From contig CAYXBB010000003.1 of the NCBI GenBank assembly GCA_964463285.1, forward strand, positions 1,913 to 65,912: a stretch of 64,000 nt of DNA. The letters run 5' to 3'. Both the position numbers and the translations under genes were made by a program. This DNA is from an uncultured Syntrophomonadaceae bacterium (GTDB lineage: Bacteria; Bacillota; Dethiobacteria; DTU022). The notes under the pieces are model-generated. The model was not told the origin of the DNA. It saw only the letters and a list, made by a program, of their open reading frames with translations, and did not search any database. This document shows positions 18,835 through 29,737 of the stretch, in pieces. The stretch's first letter is position 1, and each line of letters opens with the position of its first letter.

Positions 18835-19734
18835 ATGATTGGAACGGAAATTTCCAAGCCGCATTATCAATTCTTACTGGTTTTGACCTTTGTCTTGATG
18901 GTATTGTCTGCCGGTTTTAATCTGGTAACTTTCTCACAGGCAACAACGGCGTTCAACCAGTTAAAGGAAGAACATTCCACCTACCTGGAACTATGCGGGG
19001 ACCTGGATCACCTGAACAGCAAATATAGTGAACTCCAAAACCAGTATGACCTGCTGCTAAAAGAGAAAGAACAATTGGAAAATAAGCTTAACGATCAAAA
19101 TATATCCCGTGGTGAATACAGCCCCAGGGCTTACCTGACCATAGATGACGGCCCCGACATAAACACGGATCGGGTATTACAAATACTGGCCAAATATAAT
19201 GTGCCGGCCACTTTTTTTGTAATCGGACACAATAGTTCCGGAGACGAGCACATCTACAACCGCATCCTGGCCCAAGGACACGCCCTAGGCAATCACACTT
19301 TTACCCACAATTTAAAAAAAATCTACCGGTCTAAAGATGCCTTCATGGAAGATCTGCTGCGCCTGGAGGATCTGCTGGCAGAAAAGGCAGGAATCAGACC
19401 CGACATAATCCGCTTTCCGGGAGGATCCAGCAATACCGGGGTTTCCTCTGCCGTCCTAAAGGAGATAATTGCTGAACTAAAAGAATATGGTTATGACTAT
19501 TTTGATTGGAATGTTTCCACCGGGGACTGCAGCTCAGGACTAACGGCACCCGAGCTGGTTAAAAATGTAACCACCCAGGCAGATCGCCAGCCCGGTCAGG
19601 ATCTGGTAATCTTGATGCACAGCTTCAACCGGGTAACCGTAGAGGCATTGCCGCAGATTATCGAAGAACTGAGGGCGCGAAGTTATACCTTTGCCGCCCT
19701 TAAAAAAGGCGTGGTCAACGTGAAACATCGTTAA
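18835..19734 (+). CDS. Polysaccharide deacetylase (NodB domain) with an N-terminal membrane anchor and coiled coil
   Basis: NodB motifs TIDDGP ... LGNHTFTH. Confidence 0.75.
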   Translation: MIGTEISKPHYQFLLVLTFVLMVLSAGFNLVTFSQATTAFNQLKEEHSTYLELCGDLDHLNSKYSELQNQYDLLLKEKEQLENKLNDQNISRGEYSPRAYLTIDDGPDINTDRVLQILAKYNVPATFFVIGHNSSGDEHIYNRILAQGHALGNHTFTHNLKKIYRSKDAFMEDLLRLEDLLAEKAGIRPDIIRFPGGSSNTGVSSAVLKEIIAELKEYGYDYFDWNVSTGDCSSGLTAPELVKNVTTQADRQPGQDLVILMHSFNRVTVEALPQIIEELRARSYTFAALKKGVVNVKHR

Positions 19735-19818
19735 ATCGCAGTACTGGGGAACGGTTCCCCGGTATCCAGGTGTGTCAAGAGAACTCAGTCTGATATCCTC
19801 TTGACACACCACTATTGC

Positions 19819-20724
19819 CTATATCAGGGCCGTACTGAAATAACGCTCTGCTCTATCGGCCAATACAGTGGCCACAATTTTATTTTTACCGTGTTTTTCC
19901 GCCATCTGCACTGAAGCCCATACATTAGCTCCGGAGGATGTGCCCACCAGGAACCCCTGTTTCCTGGCCAGATCCCGGGCGGTTTGTATGGCATCCTCAT
20001 CCGTAACCTCCACTACTTCGTCTATGATAGAGGTATCCAGAACCGGTGGGATAAACCCGTCACCAATACCCTGGATCTTGTGCAGCCCGGGCTCATGGCC
20101 CAATAGGGCAGAAAAATTTTTGGGTTCTACCGCCACCACAATAGTGGCGGGGTTTTTTTCTTTCAAAAATCTGCCCACACCGCACAAGGTGCCGCCGCTT
20201 CCCAGCCCTGAAATAAATATATCTACCCGGCCGGCCAACTGTCTCCATATTTCCCCGGCAGTGGCCAGGTAATGGATTTTCGGATTATCGGGATTTTCAA
20301 ATTGCTGGGGCACAAAAATTGAAGGATCCGCCCCGGCTTTTTCCCGCACTTCCTCCACTGTACCCGCAATGCTTTTTTCAGCGGGGGTGAGTACAAGCTC
20401 TGCTCCAAAAGCAGCGATTATTTTTTTTCTTTCCTCGCTCATATTTTCCGGCATAACTATTATAACTTTGTATCCTTTTTGTACTCCAACCAGGGCAAGC
20501 CCTATCCCGGTATTGCCCGATGTGGGTTCCATTATCGTCATCCCCGGTTTTAGTTTGCCCTGCCTTTCAGCCTCTTCGATCATATATCGGGCCACCCGAT
20601 CTTTTATACTGCCGCCAGGGTTTAAAAATTCTGCCTTGGCATATATATTTAAACTCGTCATTTTCTTAAGGCTTACCATGGGTGTATTGCCTATTAAATC
20701 CAGTACTGTTTCCGATGCTTTCAT
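19819..20724 (-). CDS. cysK: Cysteine synthase (O-acetylserine sulfhydrylase)
   Basis: PLP-lysine motif NPGGSIKDR and the TSGNTG loop. Confidence 0.85.
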   Translation of the reverse strand: MKASETVLDLIGNTPMVSLKKMTSLNIYAKAEFLNPGGSIKDRVARYMIEEAERQGKLKPGMTIMEPTSGNTGIGLALVGVQKGYKVIIVMPENMSEERKKIIAAFGAELVLTPAEKSIAGTVEEVREKAGADPSIFVPQQFENPDNPKIHYLATAGEIWRQLAGRVDIFISGLGSGGTLCGVGRFLKEKNPATIVVAVEPKNFSALLGHEPGLHKIQGIGDGFIPPVLDTSIIDEVVEVTDEDAIQTARDLARKQGFLVGTSSGANVWASVQMAEKHGKNKIVATVLADRAERYFSTALI

Positions 20725-20893
20725 AAATTTTATATCCCCCTTACATTAAAATAGCATTTTACTGACCGCGCCGGATATTTCCCTCTAATCCAAATTATAC
20801 TTATTCATGAACCGGGGTGCAATCTTCCGGCATGGTTAAATTAATCCATACCCGGGTTTTAAAAAACAAGCGGCCTGCATGGAATTTGGCAGC

Positions 20894-21541
20894 TTACCGG
20901 CACATATAAACCAACAACCCCGATCGGAAGAAATAAATGGAGAAAGCACATAGAAAAATTCCCAGTCCAAAGACAATCCATCTGTAGATCCGATCGGTGA
21001 GCCATCTTTTTCCCGAAACTAATGCCGCAGCCAGAAAAGAAAACCATAGAAAATCGGCCAGGATATGCCCGCTGAAAAAGGAAAGTATTCCGGGCAAGCC
21101 ACTGTTCCGGGAAAGGGCAACGTAACCTGCACCAACTGTGGCCCACCAGATAAACCAGTACGGATTGCAGGCGGTGGCAACCAGCCCGTTCCAAAAAGTA
21201 GAACCTCTCCGGCCACTCCCTTTCATAGTGGGATTAAATGAAAGGGTGCCCCGGGCCACGCTCCTAATCATACCCCATCCCATCCAGGCCAGCACCAGAC
21301 CGCCGGCCATTCCAATGATACCGGCCAAAAAGGGCAGAGTGAGGTAGCTCCCCAGACCCAGGAGTAACAAAATAACCATCACTGCCTCCAAAAGAGCATG
21401 GCCCAGGGTGACCAGCGGGGCCGCCGGGTAACCCCGGCGGAATGTGTGTTCCACCATTACCGCGGTAAGAGGCCCCGGCATCAGTGCTCCCGAAAAACCA
21501 ACAAGCAAAGCCGTGGTAAAAATCAGGGTTAGTTCAAACAT
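20894..21541 (-). CDS. LysE-family amino-acid exporter
   Basis: About 215 aa with 6 TMs and an N-terminal PGP motif (SGALMPGPL). Confidence 0.6.
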   Translation of the reverse strand: MFELTLIFTTALLVGFSGALMPGPLTAVMVEHTFRRGYPAAPLVTLGHALLEAVMVILLLLGLGSYLTLPFLAGIIGMAGGLVLAWMGWGMIRSVARGTLSFNPTMKGSGRRGSTFWNGLVATACNPYWFIWWATVGAGYVALSRNSGLPGILSFFSGHILADFLWFSFLAAALVSGKRWLTDRIYRWIVFGLGIFLCAFSIYFFRSGLLVYMCR

Positions 21542-21686
21542 AACTGCAGGCGGCCGCCCCCTTTAATGCTTTCTTTAATTCAGTCCCCACGGGATAATCT
21601 ATTTGCTTGCCAACCGCTCACCAAAAGGGCATGTTCAAAAGGGCCCTCAAAATCTCTTCCGGCAGGCGGAGCTGTTTTTATCTACC

Positions 21687-23318
21687 CTACCGGGCCATAA
21701 ATAGTTCAATATCCGAATCAACAGTCCCGATTCCGGCAATACCGAATTTCTCTATCAGGACCTTGGCAACATTGGGAGAAAGGAACCCCGGAAGTGTAGG
21801 ACCAAGGTGAATGTTTTTAATGCCCAAATAAAGCAGTGCAAGAAGTACAATAACGGCTTTCTGTTCATACCAGGCAATATTGTAAGTAATCGGCAACCTG
21901 TTGATATCGTCAAGACCGAATACCTCCTTAAGCTTAAGGGCGATAACCGCCAGTGAATAACAATCGTTGCACTGTCCGGCGTCCAGTACTCTGGGAATGC
22001 CGCCGATATCGCCCAATCTCAGCTTATTGTAACGATATTTCGCGCAGCCCGCGGTTAGAATAACCGTGTCCTTGGGAAGTTTTTCGGCAAATTCAGTGTA
22101 ATACACCCTTGATTTCATACGCCCGTCACAGCCGGCCAGAACAAAGAATTTTTTAATAGTTCCGGATTTAACTGCATCTACAACCTTATCTGCCAGGGTC
22201 ATAACTTGGTTGTGGGCAAAACCTCCAAGAATGCATCCGGTTTCAATTTCATCGGGCGCAGAAAGGGTCCGGGCAAGCGCAATGATTTCAGAGAAATCCT
22301 TTTTGCCCCGTTCATCCGCTACAATATGCTTGCAACCGGGATAACCGGTGGAACCCGTGGTAAAGATTCTACCCCTCACTTCTTCACTTCTGGGAGGAAC
22401 GATGCAGTTAGTGGTAAACAGAATGGGGCCATGGAAGGGCCCAAATTCATCGATTTGTTTCCACCAGGCATTACCATAATTTCCGGCAAAGTTATCGTAT
22501 TTTTTAAATGCCGGATAGTAATGGGCGGGTAACATTTCACCATGGGTATATACATCTACACCGGTGCCCCCGGTCTGCTCCAGCAACTGTTCCAAATCGG
22601 TCAGGTCGTGACCGGAAATAAGTATTGCCGGGTTTTTCCTGACGCCTATATTGACTTCCGTGATCTCGGGATTACCAAATTTCGAGGTGTGGGCCTCATC
22701 TAAAAGCGCCATAACCCTCACACCGTATTCACCGGTTTTTAGGGTCAGCGACACCAGATCATCTGCCGAAAGAGAATCGTCCAAAGTTGTAGCCAGGGCT
22801 TCGTAGATAAATGAGTTTATATCCAGGTTTTCTTTCCCTAGATTCTTGGCATGCTCAGCATAGGCCGCCATACCCTTAAGGCCGTAGACAATCATCTCCC
22901 GCAGAGAACGTATGTCCTCATTTTCAGTGGACAGCACACCTACCAAAGCGGCCTTTTCCAGCATAGATTCCCTCGAACTTATCGAAAAGGTTGCTGCGTC
23001 GTGTAAATCCCCCGCGGAAACAGACAGTCTAAGCCCGTCCCTAAAAGCAATCATTTTCCCAATCTGGTTTTCAATAAAGTCATCATCAAAGTTTGCATTG
23101 GTAATTGTCATGAACAGGCTGCTGAGTACCTCGTAGTTTGTATCACCATACTTGCTGATATCAAGTTTCCCTTTCACAATAATTTCCGAAATGCCTTTAA
23201 GCGTATAAATAAGAAGATCCTGAAGCTTGGCTACTTCTTCGTTTTTTCCACAGACACCCCGTACCGTACAGCCTTTTCCTTTTGCTGTTTCCTGACATTG
23301 ATAACAGAACATGCTCAT
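21687..23318 (-). CDS. hcp: Hybrid cluster protein / hydroxylamine reductase
   Basis: N-terminal [11 protein letters not shown]...C cysteine cluster, with full-length Hcp similarity. Confidence 0.9.
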   Translation of the reverse strand: MSMFCYQCQETAKGKGCTVRGVCGKNEEVAKLQDLLIYTLKGISEIIVKGKLDISKYGDTNYEVLSSLFMTITNANFDDDFIENQIGKMIAFRDGLRLSVSAGDLHDAATFSISSRESMLEKAALVGVLSTENEDIRSLREMIVYGLKGMAAYAEHAKNLGKENLDINSFIYEALATTLDDSLSADDLVSLTLKTGEYGVRVMALLDEAHTSKFGNPEITEVNIGVRKNPAILISGHDLTDLEQLLEQTGGTGVDVYTHGEMLPAHYYPAFKKYDNFAGNYGNAWWKQIDEFGPFHGPILFTTNCIVPPRSEEVRGRIFTTGSTGYPGCKHIVADERGKKDFSEIIALARTLSAPDEIETGCILGGFAHNQVMTLADKVVDAVKSGTIKKFFVLAGCDGRMKSRVYYTEFAEKLPKDTVILTAGCAKYRYNKLRLGDIGGIPRVLDAGQCNDCYSLAVIALKLKEVFGLDDINRLPITYNIAWYEQKAVIVLLALLYLGIKNIHLGPTLPGFLSPNVAKVLIEKFGIAGIGTVDSDIELFMAR

Positions 23319-23506
23319 TCTGGTTTCCTCCCCCTTTGAATTTACTTTTGTGAAACAACCTTACCGACAATCGAATTGAATGCCGGCAATATGGAGAAAG
23401 GTTTTAAATAACAGAGCAGGTGCAATGTCCAGGCGGGGTCACCGGGCACAGGCCACCGGATTTATCCCGGTGATGGCTGGCAAGCACTCTATTGTTCTTT
23501 AGTTTA

Positions 23507-23821
23507 TCAAATCTTTGGCGCCGGCGCTTTTACAACAATCAATTCCAGGATTTCCGGATGGAGGTTTTTTACATTCATTTTTGTTTTAAAAGGAATTTTT
23601 AGAAGGGTTCCCGCTTCGTATTGGTGAATTTCCTGCTCATTGAGGCCAATGGAAAGCTTCCCACGAATGACCGTCATATATACATTCGAATTGGAGAAAT
23701 GTTCCGGTAGGCCCTCATTTTGATTGAATATCATGTGAAGATAATGAATGTTTTCATCGAATATTACCTTCTTCACCGTTGTTTTGTTCTCAGCAGATAG
23801 TTTAAACAGCTGTTCAACCAT
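23507..23821 (-). CDS. Cupin-domain protein
   Basis: Small beta-barrel protein (104 aa). Weak assignment. Confidence 0.45.
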   Translation of the reverse strand: MVEQLFKLSAENKTTVKKVIFDENIHYLHMIFNQNEGLPEHFSNSNVYMTVIRGKLSIGLNEQEIHQYEAGTLLKIPFKTKMNVKNLHPEILELIVVKAPAPKI

Positions 23822-24064
23822 AGGATCATGCCTCCTTGATTTTTTATTATATCATACAACCAAAACACCCCACCGCAGCCATCATTAAGTTTACCTGCTT
23901 CCACCAGTTAAAAGCTTATTCCCCATGGGTAAATTAAACCCTCTGGATTTTCAATACCGGGGTGCTAAAAAGAAGAAAAGAACTAAAACCGGGTTTTAAT
24001 AAAAGGGATGAAAAAACTTTTGGATATTATGGGGACAGGCCCGTCTGTCCCCATAATATTAACA

Positions 24065-24430
24065 TTAGCACGTTCGTGGGTTGGGCAAACCGGCAATACG
24101 CCGAGCGCCGTTTTTTATACCTCCCGGGAAAAGGTTTTCAATAGCAAGCATACTCAACCCGGTACCTTTGGTCAGTTGCCGATTCAATGGTGCCCGGCCA
24201 TGGTAACTATAAAAATCGCGCATGAACTGAATTACTTTCCAATGATCTTCACCAAGTTCAAATCCGCTCTCCAGGGCCATAGCTTCCGCAATTTCTTTAT
24301 GCCAGTCTCCGGATCGCCAAAAAAAACCTTCGTCGTCAAAAACTATACTACGCCCGGCAATGATCCGGTAACCGCGGCGGCCGGGTTCACCCGGCCGCCC
24401 GGTATTTTCCACAGGCCCATCGGTGCTCAT
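24065..24430 (-). CDS. TusE/DsrC/DsvC-family sulfur-relay protein
   Basis: Family signature HWKVIQFMRDFYSYHGRAPLNRQLTK and a C-terminal ...AGLPNPRTC. It overlaps the aldehyde oxidoreductase stop by 1 nt. Confidence 0.7.
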   Translation of the reverse strand: MSTDGPVENTGRPGEPGRRGYRIIAGRSIVFDDEGFFWRSGDWHKEIAEAMALESGFELGEDHWKVIQFMRDFYSYHGRAPLNRQLTKGTGLSMLAIENLFPGGIKNGARRIAGLPNPRTC

Positions 24431-27102
24431 CAGGGCCGGGAGCCAGCCAGGGTCGCTTTAATCTTTTCCGGCGTGGCCGGCAGATCGCAAATCCAGACCC
24501 CTGCCGCATTTTTAATTGCGCTGATGATCGCCGGTGCGGTGGGCAGCAGCGTTAATTCGCCGATCCCGGTAGAACCTTTAGTTCCCCGTTCCCTGGGGGT
24601 TTCCCGAATGATCGATTCCATCTCAAAAGAATCGTTAATTGTAGGGAATTTAAATGTAACCCAATCCTTGGTTTTACCGGCAACATACTCTTCGCGCAGA
24701 GCATAGCCGGCGCCCATATCTGCGCCGCCCTCCAGTTGCCCTTCAAAATTATGAGGGTTGATAACCGGACCGGCATCAACTGCAGTGGTCATTTTCAGGA
24801 TTTTAACCGCTCCGGTTTCTGTGTTTACCTCTAGCTCGGCCATTTGTAGAGCCATCACCTGGGATTCGAAAGAAGCTCCCTGCCCGGTTTTGGGATCCAT
24901 TGCATCGTCGGCGGGAACCTCTTGAAGCGTGGCCTTTCTGCCCATAAAGCGGGTGGGGTAACCGGCATCTTTAAGCCCTTGGTGGGTACTTGTACCGGAT
25001 TCGTTCATAGCCTGCTTAAGCTGATCTAGAGCATCTAACAGGGCTCCGCCCGCCATATAGGTCATGCGGCTACCGGCTGCAAACCCGGTAGCCGGGGTTA
25101 GTTCAGTATTCCGGGTTTGAAGGCGAACCTTATCCAAGGGCAGGTTCAGTCCGTCCGCAGCCAGCTGGGTAAGCATGGAATCATTGCCTTCACCGGGATC
25201 AGCCACCCCCGCATACACGGTTACACCACCATCAGGATCTATTTCCAGCGCCACCAGAGCTTCATCTGCCGGATCACCGATGCCAAACGCTCCTGCTGCC
25301 AGGCCTACACCACGCTTAACAATCCCTTTCTGATGCTCACGCGCTTCGCGACAGGCCCGCTCATAGTGCGGCTTCATAGCCTCACACAGCTCGGGGAAGG
25401 GCCACTGGTTCACCTGGATACCGGTTGAGGTAACCTGTCCCGGCTGTAGCGAATTTTGCAGCCGGAACTGCAGGGGGTCTATACCAGCCTTGTCGGCCAA
25501 CATGTTTACCGCACATTCTACCGCAAAGTTTGATTGCGGCGGCCCGGCCCCTCGGGCCGCAGAACCCCAGGGGTTGTTGGTGTAAACCAGCCGGCTATTG
25601 GTCCGGATGTTTGGAATATGGTAGGCGCTGGTCAACATTAACAAAGAGCGCCGGATAATGTCATCTCCAATTGAATGGTATGCGCCGTTATCCACCAGTA
25701 TATCCATTTCAAGAGCGCTCAGTCGGCCTTCTTTGTCTGCACCGAGTTTAACTTGCATCTCGTAGGGATGTCTCTTGGGGGTCATTTGTAAGGTTTCGCT
25801 TAAACTGGGAATATAGCGAACCGGTCGTCTAAAATGTAAGGCTGCCGCCCCGACGAGATCCTCAGAGGTAATCTCCAGCTTGATTCCAAATTGTCCTCCC
25901 GCCTGGGCTTCTTCATAGCGCATATTCTCCCAGCCAAGGGCATCCTGGAGCATTTGTAAGTGGTAGTGTATATCGATACTGCGGCCAATAATCACCAGCT
26001 GGGCATCTTCCCCCTCTCCCTCCAGATAAGCCACACTGGCTTCCGTCTCCAGGGGGGCCTGATGATTAATCTGAGTGGTAAAATGGTTTTCTATCACTGC
26101 CGTTGCTTCGTTGAAACCCTTTTGGGCATCGCCTCTGATCAGTGGCTTGGTATAACAGAGATTTGGCCATTGGTCATGCACCTGAACAGCTCCCTCAACC
26201 AGTGCTTTATGCGTTGAATCCAGAACCGGCAACAGCTCGTAATCCACTTTTACCGCCCGGGCCGCTTCCAATGCCTGCTCCCTGGTCTCTGCCACCACCG
26301 CCGCTACCGGATCACCGATAAAACGCACTTTATCTTCGCAAAGAACAGGCCGATCATCAATAGCCATTAGCAGGCGATTCGTCCCCTTTACATCCTTCGC
26401 AGTTATCACACCAATCACACCCGGCATTTTTTCCGCTTCCGAGTAATCGATATTTTTGATCAGGGCATGAGGATGAGGACTGCGCACGGCGGCCAGTTCC
26501 AGGGAACCGGGAATAACAATATCGGCAGTATATTTGGCCATTCCGCAGGCCATAATCATGGCAGTAGGACGGGGATGTGAAACCCCGATCTTGGGGCCGT
26601 GGGGATCTGGACGCACATCCTCCGGCTTAACCTCACCGCGCAAAAAGCGACCGGCAAGTTTAACGGCTTCAATGATCTTGACGTAACCCGTGCAGCGACA
26701 AAGGTTGTGACGCAGGGCTTTTTTAATTTCTTCGGTTCCGGGGTTATTGTTTTCATCCAACAGGGCCTTTGTGGCCATGATCATCCCGGGGGTGCAAAAA
26801 CCGCACTGGATTGCACCCGCCAACACAAACGCTTCCTGGATCAGATGCGGGTTATCCGGGGTGCCCAATCCCTCCACAGTGAGAACATCGGCACCGTCTA
26901 TTTTGGTTGCCTTAAGCAAACAGGATCTAACTGCTTTGCCGTCAACAATTACTGTGCAGGCACCGCACTGGCCGGCCTTGTCGCATGATTGTTTGGGGCC
27001 GGTTAAATGTAGCTCATCACGAAGCAATTCCAGTAAGGTCAGTTTGGAATCAACCACCGCCTCCTGAAACACACCGTTAACCTTGAATTTAATCTTGTTC
27101 AA
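24430..27102 (-). CDS. mop: Molybdenum-containing aldehyde oxidoreductase (Mop-like, xanthine oxidase family, single polypeptide)
   Basis: Two N-terminal [2Fe-2S] motifs (CDKAGQCGACTV; QCGFCTPGM...CRCTGY) followed by the Moco domain, about 890 aa. The start is assigned to the TTG at 27102 after GGAGGG (NKIKFKVNG...). The upstream in-frame GTG at 27138 lacks a ribosome-binding site. Confidence 0.85.
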   Translation of the reverse strand: MNKIKFKVNGVFQEAVVDSKLTLLELLRDELHLTGPKQSCDKAGQCGACTVIVDGKAVRSCLLKATKIDGADVLTVEGLGTPDNPHLIQEAFVLAGAIQCGFCTPGMIMATKALLDENNNPGTEEIKKALRHNLCRCTGYVKIIEAVKLAGRFLRGEVKPEDVRPDPHGPKIGVSHPRPTAMIMACGMAKYTADIVIPGSLELAAVRSPHPHALIKNIDYSEAEKMPGVIGVITAKDVKGTNRLLMAIDDRPVLCEDKVRFIGDPVAAVVAETREQALEAARAVKVDYELLPVLDSTHKALVEGAVQVHDQWPNLCYTKPLIRGDAQKGFNEATAVIENHFTTQINHQAPLETEASVAYLEGEGEDAQLVIIGRSIDIHYHLQMLQDALGWENMRYEEAQAGGQFGIKLEITSEDLVGAAALHFRRPVRYIPSLSETLQMTPKRHPYEMQVKLGADKEGRLSALEMDILVDNGAYHSIGDDIIRRSLLMLTSAYHIPNIRTNSRLVYTNNPWGSAARGAGPPQSNFAVECAVNMLADKAGIDPLQFRLQNSLQPGQVTSTGIQVNQWPFPELCEAMKPHYERACREAREHQKGIVKRGVGLAAGAFGIGDPADEALVALEIDPDGGVTVYAGVADPGEGNDSMLTQLAADGLNLPLDKVRLQTRNTELTPATGFAAGSRMTYMAGGALLDALDQLKQAMNESGTSTHQGLKDAGYPTRFMGRKATLQEVPADDAMDPKTGQGASFESQVMALQMAELEVNTETGAVKILKMTTAVDAGPVINPHNFEGQLEGGADMGAGYALREEYVAGKTKDWVTFKFPTINDSFEMESIIRETPRERGTKGSTGIGELTLLPTAPAIISAIKNAAGVWICDLPATPEKIKATLAGSRP

Positions 27103-27340
27103 TACATTCCCTCCATTGCAAGTTGAATGTGGAGACACTGCTTTCTAATTGTTAAAGTATTTCACCCCTTTCGGCAATTATTCCCAAGGCGTTTTACCCT
27201 GCCGGAAATATTATCGCAAGGGTTTCCGGCAACCGATTGTTAAGATAACCGCAGCTATAGTCATGCACACAGATGAACTGAAAAAAACTGATCTTTTAAC
27301 GTATTTTAGGTTTCCAGAGTTATATATACTAATTAAATTA

Positions 27341-27520
27341 CAAAATAAAAAATCACTATCGCCAATATGGAATAGTGATTAGCAAGTTACGCATAAAAAA
27401 TAGCCTTCTTTCCACATTGGGAGGTATAACCGTTTCCAGTTATGCCCTACTGCCTATAGTTCATGGCGGGTTATGCCTGTAGATACCATAGGTCGAAGGA
27501 GAGTTGGTATTTATTTGACA
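27341..27520 (-). promoter_or_regulatory. Candidate Moco riboswitch with terminator, in the leader of the aldehyde oxidoreductase gene
   Basis: Core CCGCCAUGAACUAUAGGCAGUAGGGCAUAACUGGAAACGGUUAUACCUCCCAAUGUGGAAAGAAGG. It is followed by the hairpin AAUCACUAUUCCAUAUUGGCGAUAGUGAUU and UUUUUAUUUUG (27341-27380). Confidence 0.6.
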
Positions 27521-27755
27521 GGTCTGACCATTATGATTATACTATACAAGTTTACGCTGATCAAGCTTGGGGAAACAGCCTTGTATTTGTTTTCCAAGTA
27601 CTCTTGCAACCGGGTAGATTACCGCAGCTACATTACTGCTTGATGTTTTAACTTTAACCGGATTTTCCTTTTTTATCTGATTTGACCTCCATTCCAAGAC
27701 AATATCTGCTATAGTATTTCTAAAGAAGCTTGATTAATCGAAAGTTTGGTGATCT

Positions 27756-28703
27756 ATGACTGGCCCCCGATCAAAAAAAATAACTATGTACGCCCTTATG
27801 TCTATACTGGCTGTTGCCTGGGGCCTGGATTATGTAGCCGTAAAAAAATGCCTGGGCGCTTTAGATGTACCCATACTGCTGTTTTTCCGCTACTGCCTGG
27901 CCATGTGCGCCGTATTTATAATTAAAATGTTCATGGACCGTAAGTTTTACCTGCATAAGCAAGATATTATCTGGCTAATATTGAGCGCCATTACCGGAGA
28001 GATTGGCTGTTTATCCTTGGAATATTTCAGCATCGACTATTTGCCCCTATCCATATTAACCCTGATCCTGGCCTGTGTACCCATCGTCTCCATCCTTATT
28101 GAAAAAGTGCTGTACAGCAAACCCATCACCGGATTTATGTTACTGGGTGCAATTGGCTCCCTCCTGGGTGTAGGCATCATCATTGGCGCCGATTTCGGAG
28201 AGCTTTTTCAGGGCAGACTTATCGGTTATCTACTGGCCTTGGGGGCGGTGCTGTGCTGGAACGCCTATAATTTTATAACGGCTAGACTTCAGGATCGCTA
28301 TTCTGATATTTCGCTTTCTTTTTTCCAAATTGCCTGCACCGCCTTGCTACTGGCTCCCTATGCTTTGCGCCACCTTCCGGATTCCGGCCTGATAACCGGA
28401 GAGGTGTTTTCCTGGCTTTTATTTTTAGGGATGTTTAGCTCCGGCATCGGCTTTGTAATTTATGTTCGCTCCCTGGATATCTTGGGAGTAACCCCCACAG
28501 CGCTTTTCTCCAACTTTATGCCGGTAAGCACGGCCTTTTTAAGTTGGGTGTTTTTTAAAGAGATGATTTTACCCATACAGATATTCGGCGGGATAATTGT
28601 GATTGCCTCCGCTTGCCTGGTGATCTATGAAAAGGGAAGATCGGAAAGTGCCGCTTCTTTAAAAATTTCCACCGCCTCCTTATTTAGACTGAAAGAAGAA
28701 TAA
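27756..28703 (+). CDS. DMT-superfamily (EamA-like) transporter
   Basis: Ten predicted TMs with duplicated EamA halves. Confidence 0.75.
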   Translation: MTGPRSKKITMYALMSILAVAWGLDYVAVKKCLGALDVPILLFFRYCLAMCAVFIIKMFMDRKFYLHKQDIIWLILSAITGEIGCLSLEYFSIDYLPLSILTLILACVPIVSILIEKVLYSKPITGFMLLGAIGSLLGVGIIIGADFGELFQGRLIGYLLALGAVLCWNAYNFITARLQDRYSDISLSFFQIACTALLLAPYALRHLPDSGLITGEVFSWLLFLGMFSSGIGFVIYVRSLDILGVTPTALFSNFMPVSTAFLSWVFFKEMILPIQIFGGIIVIASACLVIYEKGRSESAASLKISTASLFRLKEE

Positions 28704-28857
28704 AGATCAATAGGGGGCAATGGAGAAGGCCCAACTACCTGTTAATAGCAGATGGTTGAGCCTTACCTTACGCAATACTTTCTATTTTGCTTTATGTAAG
28801 TTATCCCCTATACCCCGCTCCAATATTTGGGTTGCCCCGGCCGATTTATGCTGCAGG

Positions 28858-29718
28858 TTATAATTTGTGCTGCATTTCACAGGCCATCACGGTGTGCTTA
28901 CAAAGAACAATGGTGGTCACCGAGCCCACTCCCCCGGGAACTGGAGAAATTTTATTCACTACTGGCTCCACGGCATCAAAATTCACATCTCCGCAATATT
29001 TACCGGGATTATCCGGATCCGCATTGATCCCAACGTCTATAACAATTTGCTCCGGTTTGACATAACTGCTGTCGATCATCTTGGCCCGGCCCACCGCGGC
29101 TACCAGGATGTCTGCAGCCGCACATACCTGGTCCAAGTTCTGAGTACGGGAGTGACATATTGTAACTGTAGCATGTTCGCGCAGCAGCAACATCGCCACC
29201 GGTTTTCCCACCACCATAGAGCGCCCGACCACGGCAACCTTTTTCCCTTTCAACGGGATATCATAGAACCTCAACATTTCCATACAGGCAGTAGGGGTGC
29301 ACGGTGGGAAACCGCTCTGATCGTCTGCAAAAACCTTTCCGGCACTGCCCAGGGTCATGCAATCGACATCCTTCTCTACCGGAATCAGGGAGCGGATCTT
29401 TTTTTCATCAAGATGCTTCGGCAACGGGGCAAACATCAAAATGCCGTGAATGGAGCCATCCGCTCCCACTGTAAGTACCGCTTTCTCAAACTGCTCCTGG
29501 GTAACCTCCGCAGGATATTCGAAAATTTCATAGGACAGCCCGATACCTTCACCGGTTTTTTTGATCCCGCCTTCATAAAAAAGATCATCCGGGTTGGCAC
29601 CCACCCGGATGATCCCGATTTTAGGAGTGATCCCCCTTGTTTTAAGGGCTTCCACTCTCCGAATCAGATCCTCCTTCATAGCATCGGCCACGGGCTTACC
29701 TCTCAATCTTTCCGCCAT
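28858..29718 (-). CDS. folD: Bifunctional methylene-THF dehydrogenase / methenyl-THF cyclohydrolase
   Basis: Full-length FolD similarity. Confidence 0.85.
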   Translation of the reverse strand: MAERLRGKPVADAMKEDLIRRVEALKTRGITPKIGIIRVGANPDDLFYEGGIKKTGEGIGLSYEIFEYPAEVTQEQFEKAVLTVGADGSIHGILMFAPLPKHLDEKKIRSLIPVEKDVDCMTLGSAGKVFADDQSGFPPCTPTACMEMLRFYDIPLKGKKVAVVGRSMVVGKPVAMLLLREHATVTICHSRTQNLDQVCAAADILVAAVGRAKMIDSSYVKPEQIVIDVGINADPDNPGKYCGDVNFDAVEPVVNKISPVPGGVGSVTTIVLCKHTVMACEMQHKL

Positions 29719-29737
29719 TGTCCCAACCTCCTCGCCT

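Noticed and set aside
27308-27320. A fourth CUGGAAAC-containing motif as an additional riboswitch
   Set aside because: It is too short, lacks the other conserved blocks, and lies downstream of the terminator. It is probably a fragment or part of the expression platform of the 27341-27520 element, not an independent aptamer.
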